From the IMG/VR virus record IMGVR_UViG_3300017917_001123, positions 186,001 to 250,000 of that record: DNA of 64,000 nt. One strand, 5' to 3'. The notes below the pieces were generated by a model. That model did no database searches, was not told the DNA's origin, and was given only the letters and a program-made list of their open reading frames with translations. Shown here piece after piece: positions 37,898-45,083 of the stretch. Every line of letters starts with the position of its first letter. Position 1 is the stretch's first letter. The translations under genes were made by a program, and so were the position numbers.

Positions 37898-38142
37898 GCT
37901 TGCTCCTTAAAGTAAACGACTTTGATGCGTCCGTTAGTTTGTACGAAAGCACAGTTGTCTTCAAACTGTACATCCGGATGGGCTAGGACCTGCTTAGTAA
38001 ACATTTTAACAGTTCGCACGTTAACGGCACCCTGCCAATCCTCGCGGGCCACGCCCTCATTGTAACTGTACTTGCCGCGGCAACCGCACATGCAACCTAC
38101 TTTGCCCGAATAAACTTTTGCAACTTTGCTGACGTTTAACAT
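37894..38142 (-). CDS. Early protein with CMCGC motif
   Basis: YSGKVGCMCGCRGKY. Own promoter and RBS. Confidence 0.75.
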   Translation of the reverse strand: MLNVSKVAKVYSGKVGCMCGCRGKYSYNEGVAREDWQGAVNVRTVKMFTKQVLAHPDVQFEDNCAFVQTNGRIKVVYFKEQA

Positions 38143-38238
38143 TTCTGCTCCTGCTTGTTTAGTGTATGTGTGTAGTATAACACAAATGGTTTTACCTGTC
38201 AACCCCTTTTATAAAAGCCCTTTCGGGCTGTAGGGTTA

Positions 38239-38388
38239 TTAGGCAGGTACTACTTTAATAAGCATAAAACTGTTTAGGCTGTTAAGTTCCTGATGGAACG
38301 CGGCTACAGCTTGTTTACGTGTGCAAGGGCGTGTTAGGGCTGTATGCACTTGGTTTTTGTAGTAGTAATGTATAACGTATTGTTTCAT
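38239..38388 (-). CDS. 49 aa basic early protein (not in ORF track)
   Basis: Manual translation MKQYVIHYYYKNQVHTALTRPCTRKQAVAAFHQELNSLNSFMLIKVVPA. Own promoter and AGGAG. Confidence 0.7.
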   Translation of the reverse strand: MKQYVIHYYYKNQVHTALTRPCTRKQAVAAFHQELNSLNSFMLIKVVPA

Positions 38389-38438
38389 GGTCGCTCCTTT
38401 AGTGTATGTGTGTAGTATAACACACTTTTACCAAAGTG

Positions 38439-38660
38439 TCAACCCCAAGCGTTATATAACCCTATAGCGCATACGGATATAGCTACAACGTTAACAATGA
38501 ACTGTGGCTTATTTGCCACACGTATAGTCCATGTCAAGTACAGTAGCCCGCCTAGCAAACCAAACAGGGGGTCCAACTTTAGCTCCCTGTAAAAGTTCAT
38601 CAACACGTACATTGCCAAGATGCAGGCAGTGCCTGCCCACTGTAGTACTGTATTAAGCAT
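38439..38660 (-). CDS. Small three-TM membrane protein
   Basis: Hydrophobic. ATG overlaps the upstream stop. Confidence 0.7.
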   Translation of the reverse strand: MLNTVLQWAGTACILAMYVLMNFYRELKLDPLFGLLGGLLYLTWTIRVANKPQFIVNVVAISVCAIGLYNAWG

Positions 38661-38832
38661 TGTCAAATTCCATTACGTCACAACGCAAGTCGTCTACAAT
38701 GTCCTCAATCCTATTGTGCGTCTCATAGCACACGTCACTGTCACCCAGCACCTCTTGTATTAATGCGTCCGCATCCTCTAGCAAATCTATTGCCTCACGC
38801 AGTTTAGCTGCCTTTTGTTTTGCTGTTAACAT
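38653..38832 (-). CDS. 59 aa acidic helical early protein (not in ORF track)
   Basis: Manual translation MLTAKQKAAKLREAIDLLEDADALIQEVLGDSDVCYETHNRIEDIVDDLRCDVMEFDNA. Own promoter and AGGAG. Confidence 0.75.
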   Translation of the reverse strand: MLTAKQKAAKLREAIDLLEDADALIQEVLGDSDVCYETHNRIEDIVDDLRCDVMEFDNA

Positions 38833-38917
38833 GTTCGCTCCTTGTTGTTTAGTGTATGTGTGTAGTATAGCACAGTTTTACCACTTTGTCAACTGTGCTA
38901 TACAATAACCCTATGCT

Positions 38918-39283
38918 TTAGTCAACTACGTGCACGTCAGCAAAACTAGCATAGCCAAACTTAGCTTCCCAGCTAGCAATAAAGTCTCTGCCTACGTCTA
39001 AGCTAACAAAGTCATCACCCTGCATGCCCTGCTCGCTATAGCACAAGTCTACAACAAGCCCATGCTCTGTAATAAACTGCATTAAGTCTATTTTAAATTG
39101 TTTGTCTGTGTAAATTAGCCCGTCTTTATAAACGTCCCAAGTGTCTGTGTTAAAAAACACACGCAGTTCCCCATACTCCTTGTCCTCGCTAACAAAGCCC
39201 AAGCGCATGTCTGTAATCTCTACAGCTTTTTGCACGTTGCTCCAGTAGCCATCGCCGCTAGTGTTAAAAATAACTTTTTGCAT
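38918..39283 (-). CDS. Acidic early protein, 121 aa, proline-free
   Basis: TSGDGYWS...GLIYTD...YSEQGMQGDDFVSLDV. Own promoter and RBS. Confidence 0.8.
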   Translation of the reverse strand: MQKVIFNTSGDGYWSNVQKAVEITDMRLGFVSEDKEYGELRVFFNTDTWDVYKDGLIYTDKQFKIDLMQFITEHGLVVDLCYSEQGMQGDDFVSLDVGRDFIASWEAKFGYASFADVHVVD

Positions 39284-39382
39284 TTGTTTGCTCCTTGCAG
39301 TGTTTAAGTGTGTAGTATAGCACCAATTTACCACTTTGTCAACTACTACGTAAAAAAACCCTACGCAGGGTAGGGCTATTGT

Positions 39383-39655
39383 TTAAATGTTAGCTATAAC
39401 ACGAACGTATTGGAATCCGGCGCAACGGGTAGCAAAATTGCGTACAGAACCCGAACGCTTTACAGGGTTTTTAATTGTACTACGCAAAAAGTTATACAAT
39501 ACATCGGCGGAACTGGCATTGTTTAAAACAAAAGTAACACTACGACGCGGATTACTAGTGTTTGCTTTTGTTTTAAGCGTACGGTCGGTATATGTACGTA
39601 CATAGTTTACATTTGCTGCACGTGCTACAGCGCGGACTTGTTTAGTGCTTAACAT
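39383..39655 (-). CDS. Basic early protein, 90 aa, glutamate-free
   Basis: Own promoter and AGGAG. Confidence 0.7.
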   Translation of the reverse strand: MLSTKQVRAVARAANVNYVRTYTDRTLKTKANTSNPRRSVTFVLNNASSADVLYNFLRSTIKNPVKRSGSVRNFATRCAGFQYVRVIANI

Positions 39656-39703
39656 ACTTGCTCCTTTAGTGTCTGTGTAGTATAGCACCAATTTACCAGT
39701 TTG

Positions 39704-40228
39704 TCAAGTCTTTTTGTAAAAAATATGCTGTCCAATCTGTTGTATTTTCACAACACTCCTTGACCAAATAGGTTCTTTAATGTAGTCCGCATGATAGAAG
39801 GTACTATGTTCCAACCCTGCTACCCTATAGCCCTCCTGGAGCACCTTGTGAGCAACCTCCTTGCTTTCTGCCCACAAAGGCCCTTTAGGTTGAGCATAGC
39901 GTTTCTTCTTGTCCAATGTCCAGCTGAACTGAGCCCGAGCATAGACAACCTTACATATATCAGTACCCCAGCGTTTCTCCTTTAGTCGATTGAGTGTTAC
40001 CTGTGCGACAGCAAACTTACCTAACCGGTCCTCCACACCGGCTTCATAGAAAATGTTCTTGGCCAAACAGTCTGCTTCAGCAGAAGTATGCTGAACACGC
40101 TGTTGAGTCTTGATCAAATAGATCTTGATCTCTTGTATGTCATCGTGAAGGGTAGAGATCTCCAGTTGCTGGAACGCCAGGATGGCGAACATGGCCACCC
40201 CAGCTAGGATCTTCCATATGCCGTTCAC
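39704..40228 (-). CDS. Cell wall hydrolase (SleB/Hydrolase_2 family)
   Basis: CLAKNIFYEAG, AVAQVTLNR, ICKVVY..AQFSW, IGQHIFY. N-terminal TM segment. Confidence 0.9.
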   Translation of the reverse strand: MNGIWKILAGVAMFAILAFQQLEISTLHDDIQEIKIYLIKTQQRVQHTSAEADCLAKNIFYEAGVEDRLGKFAVAQVTLNRLKEKRWGTDICKVVYARAQFSWTLDKKKRYAQPKGPLWAESKEVAHKVLQEGYRVAGLEHSTFYHADYIKEPIWSRSVVKIQQIGQHIFYKKT

Positions 40229-40851
40229 TTGTGTGGCTCCAAGTTGTTCTTCTCTACACCGTCCTTATACCAGTCGGTGAGTTCCTCGTCCTCTTCGTCC
40301 TCATACTCGGCCATAGACTCGGAGATGCCATACTCATCATCCAGTTCGTCGCCAACGACATCACGCACGGTTTTAGAAGTCTCACCGCCGAACTCAATAC
40401 ACTCGTCACTGCCGTTATACCAACGACCTACATAGGCCATGCCTGGTTCGTAGTAGGTAGCCTCTACTTCAAAGCCGTCATCTACTAGGGCCTCGTAGAT
40501 GCCTACGGGCGGGGCCCACGCAGAGTCAAAGCCGAACTCAATGGTGTTGTTCTCAATCTTTATATCAGGGTCGTAGGCATCAACATCCCACTTGGTGCCC
40601 CAATGATTCACGCAGAAGTCATACCAGTTGGCCACACCATATTTGGCAATGTTCTCGGCACTCCGGCGCTCGAGCTCAATCTGGTCCGGATTCGTTTCGT
40701 CACCAACTCGACCTGCTACAATGTTCAGGTCCTCTGGAATCGGAACCACATGCTTACAGAAGTTGCCTTCCTTAATGGCCTCAACGAGGGCTTCAAGTTT
40801 CTGGGTATCTTCGTGGCTGATTACCACACGGTTGTTGCACCAATTAGGCAT
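40225..40851 (-). CDS. DUF1281/YubB-like ferredoxin-fold protein
   Basis: MPNWCNN, WYDFCVNHWGTKWD, FDSAWAPP, YYEPG motifs. Confidence 0.8.
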   Translation of the reverse strand: MPNWCNNRVVISHEDTQKLEALVEAIKEGNFCKHVVPIPEDLNIVAGRVGDETNPDQIELERRSAENIAKYGVANWYDFCVNHWGTKWDVDAYDPDIKIENNTIEFGFDSAWAPPVGIYEALVDDGFEVEATYYEPGMAYVGRWYNGSDECIEFGGETSKTVRDVVGDELDDEYGISESMAEYEDEEDEELTDWYKDGVEKNNLEPHK

Positions 40852-40861
40852 AGTAGGCTCC

Positions 40862-41125
40862 TTAGTTGAATTCGTAGAAAGTGACGCTAGGATCGATGCT
40901 TTGGAGTTCTTGAGCACAACGGCGCAGGAACTGGGCACGGGCACGGACTTGGCTTGCGGGCAGTTCGCCATCGCAGGTAAGGTTCTCTGGGCTAAGATCC
41001 GCATCCAGCGAATCCGCAATCTTTTGACGGTCCTGGGCGTTGAGCAGGCTGAGCTCCTTGCCGTTGAAAATTTTGGACCAGCTGTTTTTCATTTCAACAT
41101 AGGTTTCCAAGTTCTGAATATTCAT
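40862..41125 (-). CDS. Early hypothetical protein
   Basis: LSPENLTCDGE motif. Own promoter and RBS. Confidence 0.75.
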   Translation of the reverse strand: MNIQNLETYVEMKNSWSKIFNGKELSLLNAQDRQKIADSLDADLSPENLTCDGELPASQVRARAQFLRRCAQELQSIDPSVTFYEFN

Positions 41126-41182
41126 TTTCGCTCCTGTTTCGTTAGTGTCTAGTGTATAGTATAACATCGGTTTTACCGGATG

Positions 41183-41377
41183 TCAACCCCTTTTGGTAAC
41201 TTTTTTAACTAATACGAAAGTACGACCACGCAAATCGAACTTCAAAGGCTTATTGAACACCTTGTGCTCGTTGGTGTCTTTTTTGACATAGGCTAGGCAC
41301 TTGTCCCCGTCTAGGAGGTACAGGTGGTTACAGTCCGACCCGTCCTCCCAAACTGTAGTCTCACGCATCCACTTCAT
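41183..41377 (-). CDS. Early hypothetical protein
   Basis: ETTVW...NHLYLL...FDLRGRTF. Confidence 0.7.
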   Translation of the reverse strand: MKWMRETTVWEDGSDCNHLYLLDGDKCLAYVKKDTNEHKVFNKPLKFDLRGRTFVLVKKVTKRG

Positions 41378-41631
41378 TACATGCTCCAGTAGGCTTCTGA
41401 GCTGGGCGAGCAATAGCGCGGAGTGTCATAGCGTTCCTTATACTCAGCACCGCCCATCAAGTTCTTGCGAGTTACATAAGTTTCGTGGATTTCGCGAATG
41501 TATCCTGGGCGAACTGGGTTGGCTCGCTCCACAGCCGCCAGCGTCATGTCCGCAAAGTCCGTCTTGGACACCAGCTTCATGCCCTCTTTGCATCGCTTGT
41601 CCAACTTATAAATTTCTACGGTATATTCCAT
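41377..41631 (-). CDS. Early hypothetical protein
   Basis: Ends DTPRYCSPSSEAYWSM. Own promoter. Confidence 0.75.
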   Translation of the reverse strand: MEYTVEIYKLDKRCKEGMKLVSKTDFADMTLAAVERANPVRPGYIREIHETYVTRKNLMGGAEYKERYDTPRYCSPSSEAYWSM

Positions 41632-41755
41632 GTCGCTCTCCTTAGTGTCTAGTGTATAGTATAACACAGGTTTTACCACTTGTCAACCAAAAAAAGAGGG
41701 TGTTGCTTTTATACAACACCCCCATAAAGGGCCTGCGTTGCACAGGCCGGAGCAA

Positions 41756-42103
41756 TTAATCCAATCGGCTACCTGCGTAGGCTTCCACGCCCAACATCTG
41801 CTTCAGGAACTCTGCGGCCGCCTCGGCACCCGCTTCCAAAGTGTCCACGTTCTGGACGCCCAAACCACTGGGGTTCCACAGCTGAAGTCCACCACCGTAA
41901 GCAGGACGGAAACCTGCCTCCTTCAGTGCCATACCCAGTTTGGTGTTGCCACGAACCTTGTAGACCGTAACCCAAGCAAAGCCACAGGCGTATTGGTCAC
42001 GTCCGCCCAGCTTCTCCTGGAAGAACTTGGTTGCCGCTTGACGGGCTTCCTGCTTGGCACCCTCAACAAAACTCAGAACCTGCTCTTTAGTGAATCCACT
42101 CAT
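41756..42103 (-). CDS. Early hypothetical protein
   Basis: ACGFAWV...AYAGSRLD. Own promoter. Confidence 0.75.
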   Translation of the reverse strand: MSGFTKEQVLSFVEGAKQEARQAATKFFQEKLGGRDQYACGFAWVTVYKVRGNTKLGMALKEAGFRPAYGGGLQLWNPSGLGVQNVDTLEAGAEAAAEFLKQMLGVEAYAGSRLD

Positions 42104-42160
42104 CTTTCGCTCCTTTAGTTAACTATCTAGCCTATAGTATAGCACCGGTTTTACCTTTTG

Positions 42161-42859
42161 TCAACCGACAATTGGAATAACCCTACGAACGAATCCGGTA
42201 TTGTCCTTCTTAGCACGGCCCTTGGCTTTCAACCCAGCGATAACACCCTTAGGGTCCAAAAAGCGCAGGTCAGTGTCATCAGCATTGAAAACAGGGCGGC
42301 CCATGTAAGCTTCGGGCAGTTTATCAAAGACCATAGCCACGTTCATGCCCTGCGCCACAGCCTTAGCCACGTCCGCATCGTTACCGTCTGCGGCACTGAA
42401 GGTCAAGTGGTAGTTCTTAAGGTGCGACACTTTGCGGCCCAGGACCTTAGTGTAGTCATAGAACTGTACTTCCGGAAACTTCTCAATGATACCGTACTTC
42501 TCCCAGCTCAAGTCCGATGTACCATTCAAGCGGAACACGGGCGTCAAACCCAACTTCGCGGCCTGCTTGATGCCCAGTTTAATGTCTGCTTCCAAGTCCT
42601 TCATGAAAGCATCGCGGTTCTCAAAGAAGTACTTGGTCTTGCGGATGCGAGCCTGCTGGATCACGTTGGTGTTCTCACCTTTGCGGAACATGCCGCCACG
42701 ACCGGCAGTATTAAGGCAAGCGGCTGTACAACCTGCGGTGCGCTTAGGGCATACTTCTTTGCCCGACAAGTCAGCAGGAGCAAGGTGTAGGATGTAGCTC
42801 AGGTAACCCAGCTTCGTACCCTTCTGGATCTTAGGATTTGCAGTGCTCAATAGTTTCAT
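42161..42859 (-). CDS. GP88-family radical-SAM-like protein
   Basis: CPKRTAGCTAAC (Cx6Cx3C), FRLNGTSD, QFYDYTK, YHLTFS motifs. Confidence 0.75.
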   Translation of the reverse strand: MKLLSTANPKIQKGTKLGYLSYILHLAPADLSGKEVCPKRTAGCTAACLNTAGRGGMFRKGENTNVIQQARIRKTKYFFENRDAFMKDLEADIKLGIKQAAKLGLTPVFRLNGTSDLSWEKYGIIEKFPEVQFYDYTKVLGRKVSHLKNYHLTFSAADGNDADVAKAVAQGMNVAMVFDKLPEAYMGRPVFNADDTDLRFLDPKGVIAGLKAKGRAKKDNTGFVRRVIPIVG

Positions 42860-42930
42860 CTCTTGCTCCTTATTAATGTTTCTAGTCTCTAGTATAACAC
42901 CGGTTTTACCACTTGTCAACCAATACCCGT

Positions 42931-43269
42931 TCAATCTCCACGGGTATCTGTATTCAGCATGGGCTTCAACTTGCGGCGGAGTTCCACTTCCAAGTCGTGT
43001 CCTGCCTGCTTGCCACGTGCCGTGCCCAGAACGCGAACACCTATTTCAGTCTTGTCGTTGAGCTCACGCAGGGCCACGCAAAGGAGCCAATTCTTGCTTT
43101 CAGTCTTTGCGCGATAGAAATGCTTGGCTGCACGTGTCCGTGCGCTCTTAAGAGCTGTGGACTCTGTTTTGGCTGTGACACCAACATAAGTCATGCCGTT
43201 GACCGTAAGCTCATAGACTACATGAGTACGATCTGCACGCTTTTTACGGGGACGCTTTTCTAAGTTCAT
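42931..43269 (-). CDS. GIY-YIG-like protein (leaderless start)
   Basis: VVYEL..NGMTYVGVT...R...E...LN. ATG 6 nt after the -10. Confidence 0.6.
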   Translation of the reverse strand: MNLEKRPRKKRADRTHVVYELTVNGMTYVGVTAKTESTALKSARTRAAKHFYRAKTESKNWLLCVALRELNDKTEIGVRVLGTARGKQAGHDLEVELRRKLKPMLNTDTRGD

Positions 43270-43350
43270 GAGTGTAGTATAACACGGTTTTACCACTCTG
43301 TCAACCCCTAAAGAATACCCGAGTGGGCCGTAGGGTTTCAGAAATTCCGG

Positions 43351-43379
43351 TTGACATTCGGTAAAACCTGTGCTATACT
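43351..43379 (+). promoter_or_regulatory. Divergent plus-strand copy of the early promoter
   Basis: TTGACA-ttcGGTAAAacctgtgc-TATACT. Confidence 0.85.
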
Positions 43380-43513
43380 GTAGGCACAATGAGAGATAAG
43401 AAGAAAGCCATAAGGGCACGAGGGTTCGAACAGACTTGCTGGGGATGGACGGCGAGGGCCACCCCCCTATTTGGCTCGGTGATGAAAATATAGTAGGCTG
43501 CTCAAAATAGCCG

Positions 43514-43546
43514 CAAAAAAACCCTAGGCCAAATACCTCCTAGGGT
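43514..43546 (-). terminator. Minus-strand terminator
   Basis: ACCCTAGG-10nt-CCTAGGGT followed by a U run on the minus strand. Confidence 0.8.
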
Positions 43547-43781
43547 CTCCCTGCCCGGGTCTACCGCAACGTGACTCCGAACCGTTTGCGCTCAGTCTAC
43601 TCTAGGCCCAGGGCCTTCGACTCTAGCACAGTGACTTCTGTGGCAATTCACAGCACCTAAGGTCTGTACTGTTACCAGTATTCTTTCACGCTAGGCGTTT
43701 AACCGCATTATCAGTCTAGAGCAATTCCGTCACCTTAGTCATCGGCCGAATTGTTAACTGTTTCGTGTGCTGTTACGGCAC
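43514..43781 (-). ncRNA. Candidate structured non-coding RNA (~265 nt) downstream of tRNA
   Basis: No minus-strand ORF of note. Bounded by a TAAGTA box and a terminator. Multiple 6-7 bp complementary segments. Confidence 0.5.
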
Positions 43782-43802
43782 AAAATACTTAGCTCTGCCC
43801 GG

Positions 43803-43879
43803 TGGTGGGCCCAACAGGACTCGAACCTGTGACCAAGCGATTATGAGTCGCCTGCTCTAACCAACTGAGCTATAGGCCC
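43803..43879 (-). tRNA. tRNA-Ile2 (CAT, lysidine type)
   Basis: GGGCCTATAGCTCAGTTGGTTAGAGCAGGCGACTCATAATCGCTTGGTCACAGGTTCGAGTCCTGTTGGGCCCACCA. Cloverleaf with encoded CCA. Anticodon arm matches E. coli ileX as recalled. Confidence 0.9.
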
Positions 43880-43902
43880 CCGGGATTAATATTATACAGG
43901 AT

Positions 43903-44853
43903 TTACTTCCTTAATCCTAGTGCGGCCTGTAGCTTTTGGGCGGCATTCATAGTATTAGCAGTCTGCCCGTAGGGTGTATATGTTTGTCCCGCACCTGTGC
44001 CGTTGGGTTTTTCTGCTGATCCTAGGGCCTGTGCAGCGGGGTCACCAGTGGCCTGTGCAGCGGGGTTGGGTATGCCCGTGTCTACAAGCGATCTAACCTG
44101 TACACCTTCTGGATCCGCAATGTCTACGAAGGTCCAGTTGCCCAACAGCACAGGATTACCATCTACACGACGATTCCACTTACGCATATAGTACTTGTCT
44201 GCAGCGGGGTTCAGCCCGAGCTGGTCTACAAGGTTAGCAAACACAGAGTCGATCAGGATCATTGTCTCCGCACCTTCTAGAACTCGTAACCAATCGAATA
44301 CGGAATAACCTTCTAGCTCCCGCAACTCAATACATTGTACACCCGGTTCAACAATGGACAGATCAATGTCATAGCTCATATCACTAGCATGACCCTGATA
44401 TACCATATAGCGTTCTTGTGTGACTACACTATTATACAGTGATTTTTCTGCAGCGGGGTCCCGGTCTATACACTCGGCCAACTCCCACTTGTGACTAAAT
44501 GGTACTTCCGCTTGAGCATACTTGTATTGATCGAACTTAAACTGGGCAAAGTGACTCTTATTAGTACGCTCTGGATGACTACTCAAATACTGATACAACC
44601 ACAATTCCTCAGTTACTCCAATAGCGGTCAACTGCTTGTGCGGATTCTCATAAAAGAAAGCGCCATATTCATCTACGGGCACTGACATCCAACGAACCCA
44701 GGGAGCCGCTCGAACCATTTGTTGATAAAAGGGTTCACATACGGGCCAATATACTTCGTAGCCTCTACGTGTATATTCCTTAGCGATAGGTAGAGCAATG
44801 ATGATATCACCAAGTCCTCTACTCTGAATAAAACCAATTCTTTGTTGTGACAT
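43903..44853 (-). CDS. GT9-like glycosyltransferase
   Basis: SRGLGDIIIALP, DWLRVLEGAETMILIDSVFANL motifs. Confidence 0.7.
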   Translation of the reverse strand: MSQQRIGFIQSRGLGDIIIALPIAKEYTRRGYEVYWPVCEPFYQQMVRAAPWVRWMSVPVDEYGAFFYENPHKQLTAIGVTEELWLYQYLSSHPERTNKSHFAQFKFDQYKYAQAEVPFSHKWELAECIDRDPAAEKSLYNSVVTQERYMVYQGHASDMSYDIDLSIVEPGVQCIELRELEGYSVFDWLRVLEGAETMILIDSVFANLVDQLGLNPAADKYYMRKWNRRVDGNPVLLGNWTFVDIADPEGVQVRSLVDTGIPNPAAQATGDPAAQALGSAEKPNGTGAGQTYTPYGQTANTMNAAQKLQAALGLRK

Positions 44854-45083
44854 TTAAAGATCCTTATACGTGTGCAGCGGGGTCCCTACTATTAACATTC
44901 TGTAGGGTTCTGTAGACAATACTTACCACCCCATCCATCTGGCGCACGTATATACTGACGCGGACCATCACGCTCTAAGCAGTAGTCACGACCATAACAA
45001 CCTCGAGTAGTGATACAACCACTCAGTGATACCATAGCAAATATCACGATCAAAGATCTGCATGCATGCAAGAACAGCGGGGT
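44032..45083 (+). repeat. Same-strand dispersed motif TGCAGCGGGGT (5 exact copies, 1 partial)
   Basis: Copies at ~44032, 44056, 44200, 44449, 44873. CAGCGGGGT at 45075. Confidence 0.85.

Noticed and set aside
37408-42164. Integron attC cassettes
   Set aside because: GTTGACA does not fit GTTRRRY, there is no paired attC structure, and no integrase is in the window.
31350-43263. Plus-strand ORFs in the early region, and other antisense ORFs nested in core genes
   Set aside because: These are shadows of minus-strand genes that have promoters and RBSs. They have no motifs or RBS of their own.
32651-43304. CRISPR array
   Set aside because: The repeats are degenerate promoters spaced hundreds of bp apart by genes. 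There is no constant repeat-spacer period and no cas genes.
43514-43800. tmRNA, RNase P RNA or hammerhead ribozyme
   Set aside because: Lacks tRNA-like ends and tag ORF, the RNase P signature sequences, and an intact CUGANGA/GAAA core.
43803-43879. tRNA-Met or fMet
   Set aside because: Paired G1-C72, no GGG/CCC anticodon stem, and an ileX-like body favour Ile2. A covariance-model check would confirm.
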